DNA of 64,000 nt. Origin: an uncultured Actinomycetes bacterium (GTDB taxonomy: Bacteria > Actinomycetota > Actinomycetes > Streptosporangiales > Streptosporangiaceae). Position 1 is the first letter of the stretch. Every line of letters begins with the position of its first letter. A model generated the notes under the pieces. The model did not search any database. It was given only the letters and a program-made list of their open reading frames with translations, and was not told where the DNA came from. The stretch spans positions 169,230 to 233,229 of the forward strand of contig CAWIJO010000014.1 of assembly GCA_963836355.1 (NCBI GenBank), written 5' to 3'. Made by a program: the position numbers and the translations under genes. Positions 17,341 through 25,547 of the stretch are shown here, one piece after another.

Positions 17341-19785
17341 CTAGCCAGGGCCGGCCTGGTCCCTGGTTGCGGCGATCGCGGCCTGGCCGAAGCTGATGCC
17401 GCCGTCGTTGCACGGCACCTGGGAATGCACCAGAACGCGGAATCCGCAATCCTCAAGCCGGCCAACCGTCCGGTCAAGCAGCAGCAGATTCTGGAACACC
17501 CCGCCGGACACCGCCACGGTGCCCAGCCCGTGCCGCTCGCGCAGCGCCACGCAGGCCGCCTGGATCAGCGCGGCAACGCCATTGTGGAACCTGGCGGAGA
17601 TCACGCCGGGATCGACACCCGCCGCGAGGTCGTCGGTGACGGCGCGGATCAGGTCCGCCCCGCTGATCACCAGCGGACCGTCCCGGCCAGTCCCGCCCTG
17701 GCCCATCCCGCCCTGGCCAGTCCCGCCCTGGCCCATCCCGCCCTGGCCCATCCCGCCCTGGCCCATCCCGGCCTGGTAGCAGCCGCGCTCCGCCAGGTCA
17801 GCTAGCTGCTCTAGCTCGATGGCCGCCTGGCCCTCGTAGTTGATCAGATCCCGCACACCGAGGATCGCGGCGGCAGCGTCGAAGAGCCGGCCCGCGCTGG
17901 AGGTGACCGGCGAGTTGAGGCGGCGCCTAGCCATCGAGATCACGTTGTCCCAGCGCCGCTCGTTCCGCCGGGCCACGGCCAGCCCTGCGGGCGGCCCGCC
18001 CGGGTAGGCGGCGTCGAGATAGGCGGCGGCCATCCGCCACGGCTGCCTGATCGCCGCGGCGGCGCCGGGCATCGGCAGGCCAGCCAGGTGGCCCGCCCGC
18101 TCGAAGCCGACCAGGTCGGCGACCAGGAACTCGCCGCCCCAGATAGTACCGTCCGTGCCGTAGCCGGTGCCGTCGAAGGCGACCCCGATGACCGGGCCCG
18201 CCTCGCCGTTGTCGGCCAGGCAGGACGCGATGTGCGCGTGGTGATGCTGGACGCCGACCAGTTGCACCCCGGCAAGCTCGACGGCGTACTTCGTCGACAG
18301 GTACTCGGGATGCAGGTCATAGGCGACCACCTGCGGGGTGATGTCGAAAAGCCGCCGGAAGTGCTCGATGCCCTCGGTGAACGACCGCAGTGTCTCGAAG
18401 TTCTCCAGGTCGCCGATGTGCTGGGAGAGGAATGCCCGGTTGTCCGTAGCCAGGCAGAACGTGTTCTTCAGTTCGGCGCCGCAGGCAAGCACCGGCCGCC
18501 GCAGCCGGAAGCCGAGCGGGACTGGCTCCGGCACGTAGCCGCGGGAACGGCGGATCAGAGCCGCCCTGCCACGGAATGCCCGGACCACGGAGTCATCTGT
18601 CCGGACGTGAATCGCGCGGTCGTGGGTGAGGAACGCGTCCGCGATGCTGCCGAGCCTCGGCACCGCGTCGTCATCGGCGTAGACGATCGGCTCGTCCGAA
18701 GAGTTTCCGCTGGTCAGCACGATTGGGCAAGCGGCGCGCCGGACCAGCAGGTGGTGCAGCGGCGTGTAGGGCAGCATCACGCCGAGCTGCCGGTTGCCCG
18801 GTGCGACGGCCGCAGCAACGCCGCCGCCGCCGGGCCGCCGCGGCAGCAGCACGATCGGCCGGCCGCTGCTGGTCAGCAATGACTCGGCTGCGTCATCCAC
18901 CTCGCAGAGCGCGCGGGCGGCCGCAACGCCGGCCACCATGACCGCGAAAGGCTTGTCCTGCCGGTGCTTGCGGTCCCGCAGCGCCGCTGCCGCGCTGTCA
19001 TTGGCGGCGTCTACCGCCAAGTGGTAACCGCCGAGTCCCTTGATGGCGAGTACCTGGCCCTGCCGCAGCAAGGCGGCCGTTGCCGCGAGTGGCTCGCCGG
19101 GCAGCGGCGCCCCGGCCGCGTCGTGCAGGCGCAGCCGCGGGCCGCAGGCCGGGCAGCAGACCGGCTGCGCATGGAACCGCCGGTCGGCCGGGTCGTTGTA
19201 CTCCGCCGCGCACTGCGCGCACATCGCGAAGCCGGCCATCGTGGTCAGTGCCCGGTCGTACGGCACATCCCGCACGATAGTGAACCTCGGCCCGCAGTTC
19301 GTGCAGTTGATGAAGGGGTAACCAAACCGGCGGTCGGCCGGGTCGTCAAGTTCCCGCAGGCAGTCATCGCAGGCAGTGGTGTCGGCCGACACGAGCGTGC
19401 TGCGCCGCCCAGCCGATTCGCTGGGCGCGATGATGAACCCGGACGACCCGTTAATGCTGAGATTTTTGGTGGTTACCCGCTCGATCCGGGCCAACGGCGG
19501 CGCGTTCTGCCGCAGCGATTGCAGGAATTCGCTGACGGCCGCCGGCGGCCCTTCAACCTCCGCGAACACGCCGGCCACGTCGTTACCTACCCGCCCGGCC
19601 AGCCCGAGCCTGGTGGCCAGCGAGTACACGAACGGGCGGAAGCCAACGCCCTGGACGATTCCCTCGACCCGGACGAGCGTCCTGACGCGCTGGTTCACCC
19701 TCCCAGTGTGCCGGTACGCCAGGCCCGGCGCGCGCGAGGCAAGATCCTGGGTTCGGGCGAGTATCCCCACCCCACCCCACCCCAC
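17341..19785 (-). CDS. hypF: carbamoyltransferase HypF
   Basis: Acylphosphatase domain 'VRVEGIVQGVGFRPFVYSLA', two zinc fingers 'CDDCLRELDDPADRRFGYPFINCTNCGPRFT' and 'CAQCAAEYNDPADRRFHAQPVCCPACGP', then YrdC-like and Kae1-like parts. True start uncertain: the listed GTG 19785 lies inside a G-tract repeat, and GTG 19698 (VNQRVRTLVRVEG) is an alternative. Confidence 0.9.
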   Translation of the reverse strand: MGWGGVGILARTQDLASRAPGLAYRHTGRVNQRVRTLVRVEGIVQGVGFRPFVYSLATRLGLAGRVGNDVAGVFAEVEGPPAAVSEFLQSLRQNAPPLARIERVTTKNLSINGSSGFIIAPSESAGRRSTLVSADTTACDDCLRELDDPADRRFGYPFINCTNCGPRFTIVRDVPYDRALTTMAGFAMCAQCAAEYNDPADRRFHAQPVCCPACGPRLRLHDAAGAPLPGEPLAATAALLRQGQVLAIKGLGGYHLAVDAANDSAAAALRDRKHRQDKPFAVMVAGVAAARALCEVDDAAESLLTSSGRPIVLLPRRPGGGGVAAAVAPGNRQLGVMLPYTPLHHLLVRRAACPIVLTSGNSSDEPIVYADDDAVPRLGSIADAFLTHDRAIHVRTDDSVVRAFRGRAALIRRSRGYVPEPVPLGFRLRRPVLACGAELKNTFCLATDNRAFLSQHIGDLENFETLRSFTEGIEHFRRLFDITPQVVAYDLHPEYLSTKYAVELAGVQLVGVQHHHAHIASCLADNGEAGPVIGVAFDGTGYGTDGTIWGGEFLVADLVGFERAGHLAGLPMPGAAAAIRQPWRMAAAYLDAAYPGGPPAGLAVARRNERRWDNVISMARRRLNSPVTSSAGRLFDAAAAILGVRDLINYEGQAAIELEQLADLAERGCYQAGMGQGGMGQGGMGQGGTGQGGMGQGGTGRDGPLVISGADLIRAVTDDLAAGVDPGVISARFHNGVAALIQAACVALRERHGLGTVAVSGGVFQNLLLLDRTVGRLEDCGFRVLVHSQVPCNDGGISFGQAAIAATRDQAGPG
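17681..17776 (-). repeat. in-frame 15-nt tandem repeat inside hypF encoding (GMGQG/GTGQG)n
   Basis: tcccgccctggccca / tcccgccctggccag units, five full copies (17691-17765) plus partial copies at both ends. Translates to GMGQGGMGQGGMGQGGTGQGGMGQGGTG. Confidence 0.9.
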
Positions 19786-19792
19786 CCCGCCC
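19765..19792. repeat. (CCCCA)5 tract, (TGGGG)n on the hypF sense strand
   Basis: cccc a cccc a cccc a cccc a cccc g ccc, read directly. Lies at or upstream of the hypF start. Confidence 0.9.
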
Positions 19793-19836
19793 GGTTCCGG
19801 CCCGAATGATGGGACGATAGGGCACGGGACACCCCG

Positions 19837-20874
19837 GTGATCACGGATCGTAGGTCATTCGCTGCAGAGCTGGAGGACGCACCCGGCATGGACCAGAGCA
19901 ATGCCGGGCGGGGCACAGAAAGCCCCGGGACTGGTTCCGGCCGGACCGAGTCTGCCGCCGGCGGCACCAAGCCCGCCGGAACCACGGGAACTGCCGGAAC
20001 CGCGGCGCAGGCGGCCGAGGTCACCGCCTTCTGGTCGGAACTCGGCCTGACCGGACTGATCGACGTGCATACGCATTTCATGCCGGCCAACGTGATGCGG
20101 AAAGTCTGGGCGTACTTCGACAACGTCGGCGCCGAACGCGGCCAGCACTGGCCGATCGGTTACCGGCAGCCTGAGGACGAGCGGCTAGCACTGCTCCGCG
20201 CGTTCGGCGTCCGCCGGTTCGGCGCCCTGAACTATCCGCACAAGCCGGGGATGGCCACCTGGCTCAACGACTGGTCCGCCGGGTTCGCGGCCGCCACCCC
20301 GGACGCCCTGCACAGCGCTACCTTCTTCCCCGAGCCCGACGCGGCCGACTATGTCGCCAAAGCACTGGCGGCCGGCGCGCGGATGTTCAAGGCCCACGTG
20401 CAGGTCGGCGACTATGACCCTCGATCGGACCTGCTCGACCCGGTGTGGGGGGTGCTCGCCGAGGCCGGAGTGCCAGTCGTGGTGCACTGCGGTTCCGGCC
20501 CGTTTCCCGGCCGCCATACCGGCCCCGGCCCGATCAGCGAGGTCATCGCGCGGCATCCGGGGCTGACCATGATCATCGCGCACTTTGGGGCGCCCGAGTA
20601 CACCGAGTTCCTCGATCTCGCCGAGCATCACCGCGGCGTCTATCTGGACACCACCATGGTCTTCACCGACTACCTGGAGAGCAAATCGCCTTTCCCAGCC
20701 GGCCAGCTACCGCGGTTGGCCGGGCTCGGCGACAAGATCCTGCTGGGCAGCGACTTCCCGAACATCCCGCATCCGTATCTGCATCAGCTCCAGGCGCTGG
20801 CACGGCTCGGGCTCGGCGAGCCGTGGCTGCGGGCGGTCTGCCACCACAACGCCGCCGCGCTGCTCGGCCTGTGA
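19837..20874 (+). CDS. amidohydrolase-family (TIM-barrel metal hydrolase) protein
   Basis: 'LIDVHTHFMPANV', 'VVVHCGSGP', 'MIIAHFGAPEY', 'LLGSDFPNIPHPY' fit the amidohydrolase_2 pattern. The N-terminal ~60 aa are low complexity and the start is uncertain. Confidence 0.7.
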   Translation: MITDRRSFAAELEDAPGMDQSNAGRGTESPGTGSGRTESAAGGTKPAGTTGTAGTAAQAAEVTAFWSELGLTGLIDVHTHFMPANVMRKVWAYFDNVGAERGQHWPIGYRQPEDERLALLRAFGVRRFGALNYPHKPGMATWLNDWSAGFAAATPDALHSATFFPEPDAADYVAKALAAGARMFKAHVQVGDYDPRSDLLDPVWGVLAEAGVPVVVHCGSGPFPGRHTGPGPISEVIARHPGLTMIIAHFGAPEYTEFLDLAEHHRGVYLDTTMVFTDYLESKSPFPAGQLPRLAGLGDKILLGSDFPNIPHPYLHQLQALARLGLGEPWLRAVCHHNAAALLGL

Positions 20875-20917
20875 GATCAGCAGCGTGTTTGGCCGGCCTG
20901 CTGGAGCCGGGCTAGTG

Positions 20918-21748
20918 CTACCTCAGTCCGGCGAAAAGATCATCTTCTGGAACGGGAACTCCGGTGGAGTCACTGGCCCGGATGAAGGTCTCGTAACCGA
21001 AGACTCGCGCAGCCACTTCAGGTGGGATCTTGGAGAACCATGACTCCTCGATCTGGCTGGCGTGCGCCCGGAGCGCCTCGCCCTTGCGGTCAACCACTGG
21101 CCGGATATCAATCGTCGTGGTGATACGCCGCTCGGCCTCGTCCATCATCCGCTGCATGTCGGGATCCATGTCATCGAAGTCGGGGACGTCGACACCGGCG
21201 TCCCGCAGTGCTTCCCACACCTCCTGCCAGCCGCTGCGCCGCATCGCCGTCAGGTAGAGCTTCGCCGGGATGCCAGTCGCCGACACGGCGGCAACGGCGG
21301 CCCGGCTGGCGTGCAAATGATCCGGGTGCTGGTAGCCGCCGTTGTCGTCGTAGGTGACGACCACCTGCGGGCGGTAACGGTCGATTAGCTCGGCGACCCG
21401 ATCGGTGACCGTGGCCAATGGCACGTTGCTGAACACGTCCGGCCGTTCCTTGTAGTCCCATTCCGGCATGCCCGAGTCGTGGTAGCCGAGCACCTCGAGG
21501 TCGCTGACGCCGAGATGCTTACAGGCCACGTCGAGTTCCGCCAGCCTGATTTTCGCGACCGAGTCCGTGTCGTGCCCGTCCTCGCCTGGCTTGACCTGCC
21601 CCGGCGCATCGCCGAACTCCCCGTTCGTGCAGGTAACGACTACGGTCCGGATGCCTTCTGCCGAGTACTTCGCCAGCACGCCGCCGGTGCTGGAGGATTC
21701 GTCGTCCGGGTGAGCGTGCACGGCCATCAGGGTGAGTTTCTCCGACAT
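20918..21748 (-). CDS. mca: mycothiol S-conjugate amidase-like PIG-L/LmbE family deacetylase
   Basis: Start at MSEKLTLMAVHAHPDDESSSTGG. 'VVVTCTNGEFGD', 'YDDNGGYQHPDHL' and the C-terminal 'DLFAGL' all parallel mycobacterial Mca. Confidence 0.75.
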   Translation of the reverse strand: MSEKLTLMAVHAHPDDESSSTGGVLAKYSAEGIRTVVVTCTNGEFGDAPGQVKPGEDGHDTDSVAKIRLAELDVACKHLGVSDLEVLGYHDSGMPEWDYKERPDVFSNVPLATVTDRVAELIDRYRPQVVVTYDDNGGYQHPDHLHASRAAVAAVSATGIPAKLYLTAMRRSGWQEVWEALRDAGVDVPDFDDMDPDMQRMMDEAERRITTTIDIRPVVDRKGEALRAHASQIEESWFSKIPPEVAARVFGYETFIRASDSTGVPVPEDDLFAGLR

Positions 21749-21989
21749 GCCATAAGCCTGCCCGATCACCGGCGATGCCCGTGCCACCGGGCCGGCCGGC
21801 GTGCACAGCCCGCTGCCCCGCCGTGCCTGCTCATGGCCAGATCCCCGGCACGCTGGCTCCGCCAGAACGCAACCGGCCTTCCTGCTCCGTTCCGGGGACG
21901 AGGCGAGCTCCCGGCGTCAGGCTCCGGGAAGCTGGTGAATCCGGTCAATCGCAGGCATTCCATGGCAAGCGCTCGCGCGATCCGCCGCC

Positions 21990-23228
21990 TTGGTTCGGCC
22001 GACCGCGGGAAATGATGTCATGGGGACGAGGGCCGGCGCAGGCAGGCGACGGCTCGAGACGGCGAACGGAGCACATGTGACAGGAAGCCCGTCGGGCGGG
22101 ATCCGCAAACTAAGCGACCTGCCGATCTGGGTAGCGCCGATGGCCGGCGGCCCGTCAACGCCGGATCTCGTGATCGCGGCCGCCCGGTCGGGCGCCCTCG
22201 GCTTCCTGGCCGGGGGATACCAGACTGCCCGGGCAATGCAGGCCGAGATCAGTGCGGTCCGGGCAGCCGGGGTAACCGCGTTTGGCGTCAACGTATTCGT
22301 GCCCGGTGCACCCGCCGCCGACCCGGCGGCAGTGTCGGCATATGTCGCGTCCCTCGGGGCAGACGCCCGCCTAGTCGGCGCGGAGCTCGGCCAGCCAACC
22401 TGGGACGACGACCACTGGACGGACAAGATCGCCGTGCTGACGGCGAGCGCGCCGCCCGTGGTCAGTTTCACTTTCGGCTGCCCCCCGGTCGAGGTGATCC
22501 GCAGCCTGCGACACGGCGGATCGCTGGTGGCCGTCACCGTGACCGACCGGCGCGAGGCGGTCAGCGCCGCGGCCGCAGGCGCTGACCTGCTCTGCATTCA
22601 GAGTCCCGAGGCGGGCGCCCACCGGGGCACCTTCACCAACCCGCCCAGCCTGACTGGCGACCCGCCCAGCCTGACTGGCGACCCGCCCAGCCTGACTGGC
22701 GACCCGCCCAGGCCCGACGGCAATCCGGAAAGCCCAGCCAGCCTCGCACCGGGGAAAGCTGGTGACCAGGGGTCGGCGCTGCTGATCCTGATTGCCGGGG
22801 TGGCTGCCTCGACCAGCCTGCCGCTGGTCGCCGCCGGGGGAATCGCGGACGCGCGCGGGGTGGCCGCGGCACTCTCGGCAGGCGCGATCGCCGTGCAGGC
22901 GGGCACCGTTTTCCTGCGCTGCCCGGAGAGCGGCGCCCACCGGGTGCACAAAGCAGCGCTGGCTGACCCACTGTTCACCAGCACGGAAGTGACCCGGGCA
23001 TTCAGCGGCAGACCGGCCCGGGCCCTGGTAAATCGGTTCGTGCTCGGCCACGCGGACGCGCCCGCCGGTTACCCGGAAATCAACAACGCCACCCGCCCGC
23101 TCCGCGCTGCCGCCGCAGCGAATGGCGATCCGGAGCGGATGAGCCTGTACGCCGGAACGGGCTTCCGCTCGGCAGCGGACCGCCCGGCAGCGGAGATCAT
23201 CCAGCAGCTGGCCGCTGGCATCACCTGA
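21990..23228 (+). CDS. nitronate monooxygenase (NMO/2-nitropropane dioxygenase family)
   Basis: 'PIWVAPMAGGPSTPDLVIAAARSGALGFLAGGY', 'LCIQSPEAGAHRGT', 'VAAGGIADARGVAAALSAGAIAVQAGTVFL'. Start uncertain (22020 or a later GTG is possible). Confidence 0.8.
   Translation: MVRPTAGNDVMGTRAGAGRRRLETANGAHVTGSPSGGIRKLSDLPIWVAPMAGGPSTPDLVIAAARSGALGFLAGGYQTARAMQAEISAVRAAGVTAFGVNVFVPGAPAADPAAVSAYVASLGADARLVGAELGQPTWDDDHWTDKIAVLTASAPPVVSFTFGCPPVEVIRSLRHGGSLVAVTVTDRREAVSAAAAGADLLCIQSPEAGAHRGTFTNPPSLTGDPPSLTGDPPSLTGDPPRPDGNPESPASLAPGKAGDQGSALLILIAGVAASTSLPLVAAGGIADARGVAAALSAGAIAVQAGTVFLRCPESGAHRVHKAALADPLFTSTEVTRAFSGRPARALVNRFVLGHADAPAGYPEINNATRPLRAAAAANGDPERMSLYAGTGFRSAADRPAAEIIQQLAAGIT
22640..22710 (+). 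repeat. in-frame 21-nt tandem repeat (x3.4) inside the NMO gene encoding (PPSLTGD)n
   Basis: cccgcccagcctgactggcga repeated at 22640, 22661 and 22682, plus a partial fourth unit. Confidence 0.9.
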
Positions 23229-23236
23229 GTTGAAAC

Positions 23237-23298
23237 CACCGCTGCCAGAATCAGGCGCCACCGCTGCCAGAATCAGGCGCCACCGCTGCCAGAATCAA
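23237..23298. repeat. intergenic 22-nt tandem repeat (x2.8)
   Basis: caccgctgccagaatcaggcgc at 23237-23258 and 23259-23280, then a partial third copy. Confidence 0.9.
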
Positions 23299-23365
23299 GA
23301 GTGGTTAACATTTTGCCGGTCATACCCGGACAGATCTGCACCACTGATTTGATCTTGAGACGGTC

Positions 23366-23807
23366 GTGATTGATGTGGCGCATGGTACGTTGTTGCAGCC
23401 CCCGGACGGCACTGGCCCGGACGGCACTGGCCCGGACGGCACTGGCCCGGACGCGACCACTCCGGACGACGCGCGAGAACAGCTGGAGGCGGCGCGAACC
23501 GCTGCGATCGCGGCGATCTCGGCCCTGTCCCGCGACTTCGACGGCATCATCGACGGCGCGTACGCCGTAGCCACGGACGACGAGCATGATCCGGAAGGAG
23601 CGACGATCGCGTTCGAGCGCGCGCAGGTTGCCGCCCTGCTGGAACGGGCCCGAGGACGGCTGGCCGACGTAGATTCTGGCGCTGGCCCGGATTGCCGACG
23701 GCAGCCACGGCGCCTGCGAGCGCTGTGGCGAGCCGATCCCCGCCGGACGACTGGCCGCCCGCCCGGCAGCCAGGACCTGCATCAGCTGCGCCACAGTGCC
23801 GGGCTGA
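23366..23807 (+). pseudogene. DksA/TraR-family C4 zinc-finger protein, apparent 1-nt frameshift
   Basis: N-part: ...DDEHDPEGATIAFERAQVAALLERARGRLADVD. The zinc finger ALARIADGSHGACERCGEPIPAGRLAARPAARTCISCATVPG-stop (stop 23805-23807) is in the next frame. The switch is near 23678-23679. The N-terminus also carries a 15-nt repeat (23401-23453) encoding PDGTG x3. Confidence 0.65.
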
Positions 23808-24188
23808 CAAACCGGTCGGCGAAGGCGGCGGCCAACGCCCCGAACAGCACCCGCCAGTCGGCACCGAGCGCCCGCTTGAACCTCACGGCTGGAAGCTGGC
23901 AAGCCAACGCCCGGGCCGCGCAGGATGTAGGCGATGCCGACAGCGATGACCGCGCCGGGCCGGATGCTGGTGACCGCGAAGCGGGGCAGGGCGCTCTACA
24001 TCCTCCCGCACGGCCGATGCCGCAGTACGTGCCTTTCGGTCGTCCGCGGCAATGACTTCCAGGGCTTCAAGGTAGCCAATCAGGGCTTCAAGGTAGCCAG
24101 AATCCGCTGCACGACGTAGCCCGGCCTGCTCCGGCAGCCGGCCCGGTGGAGCCCGTCGCGACGGTCGCGAGGGCGCCACCGGCAATCC

Positions 24189-24800
24189 TCACGCCATCCG
24201 GTCCAGGATCTGCCGGACCAGGCCGATCGGCGTATGCGGATGCAGGAACGCCAGCCTGGCCACCGTCTCGCCCTCCCATGCCGACGGCGGCAGGAACGCT
24301 ACCTGGTCGTTCAGCAGCTGGTCCGCCCACTGCGTGTACTGCGCAGGACTCCAGCCGCGGCGGCGGAACAGCACCACCGACAGGTCGGGCTCGCGGATCA
24401 GCTCCAGGTAGTCCCGCCCGCGGATGTCCGCCGCGGTTTCCCTGGCCAGGCCGATCGCTGCCTCGATGGCCGCCGTGTAAGCCGCAACGCCGTGCACGGC
24501 CAGCGAGAACCAAAGCGGCATTCCCCTGGCTCGCCTGGTCAGGTGATACGCATAATCGGCCGGATTCCACTCGGTCGGATTGCCGTGAATCACGTCGAGG
24601 TAGGACGCGTCCTGCTTGTGCACCGAGCGGGCCAGCGGCGGGTCGCGGTAGATCAGCCCGGCGCAGTCGAACGGGGGCGAAACCTAGGGCGTGCGCCGGT
24701 GCTGAGGCAATGCGCCCGGCCGAGCGGGGCCGCTGCAGCGTTGCCTCGTGCTGGCCGGCCGCCACCTTCGGACCCCCCGGTCGCAGGCGTTGCCGGTGGC
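24189..24800 (-). pseudogene. remnant of a PLP-dependent group II (aromatic-amino-acid/glutamate-type) decarboxylase
   Basis: The open part (24189-24623) reads like a decarboxylase C-terminal domain (…FDCAGLIYRDPPLARSVHKQDASYLD…NPADYAYHLTRRARGMPLWFSLAVHG…). Upstream there is an in-frame TAG, a frame change, and 'PAHALGFAP' where 'D-x-HKWLFAP' (PLP lysine) is expected. The N-terminal ~300 aa are absent. Confidence 0.55.
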
Positions 24801-24852
24801 CTGGAAGACCGTGGTTAAACGGATCCTCGCGCGCCAGCCGTAACACCCAAAG

Positions 24853-25392
24853 GTGACGCGAACTTCACATCAATGTCACAACGCCATCACACGGGCTGCG
24901 CTTTGGCGCGCTTGGCTACTCTCTGTAGAAGAGCAACGGAAGCCATCAGGGGGGAAATTGAGTATCAGGGGGACTCAGGCGTCAGCTCAGCCCGAGTGGC
25001 CGGATCCAGTCGGGCGGGCCGACGGTCCGGGCCGGCCGGACCTGCAGGTGGTGGCGCTTCACCAGCCGGAGACCGTGGTCCTGGCGGTCAGCGGCGAGCT
25101 AGACGTGGCCACCGCGCCGATGCTCCGCGCCCACGTCAGGTTCGCGCTCGGCGGCCGGCCAGCGCGCCTGGTAATCGATCTGGCCGGGCTGAGATTCTGC
25201 GATGCCACCGGGCTGTCCGTACTCGCCATGGCGCAGAACGCGGCGACGCGGGATGGTGCCTCGCTGGCGCTTGCCGCCGTGCCGCGGCCGGTGACCAGGC
25301 TGCTGAGGATGACGGGCATGAACCGCATCCTGGCTGTCTACCCGTCGGTGGCAGCGGCGACGATGCAGCTGCCGGATGCGGCTATGCAGTAG
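24853..25392 (+). CDS. STAS-domain anti-sigma-factor antagonist (SpoIIAA-like)
   Basis: C-terminal ~110 aa 'VVLAVSGELDVATAPMLRAHV...LVIDLAGLRFCDATGLSVLAMAQNAA...RLLRMTGMNRILAVY'. The real start is probably downstream of 24853. Confidence 0.7.
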   Translation: MTRTSHQCHNAITRAALWRAWLLSVEEQRKPSGGKLSIRGTQASAQPEWPDPVGRADGPGRPDLQVVALHQPETVVLAVSGELDVATAPMLRAHVRFALGGRPARLVIDLAGLRFCDATGLSVLAMAQNAATRDGASLALAAVPRPVTRLLRMTGMNRILAVYPSVAAATMQLPDAAMQ

Positions 25393-25547
25393 CCCGGCGG
25401 CGTTCGTCGGCCTGGTTCCCCGGCAGCCGGTCCGGCGGGCGCATTGGCCAGGGTCAATCTGCCAGGCCGTGCCGCCCGCCCGCCCGCCCGCACGCGCTCG
25501 CCCGCACGCGCTCGCCCGCGCCCGCCCGCGGGCGAGTCAGTGCAGAC

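Noticed and set aside
23273-23902. 209-aa minus-strand ORF
   Set aside because: It is antisense to the DksA/TraR-like gene and reads through its repeats. Only its first ~10 codons overlap a possibly genuine membrane-protein scrap.
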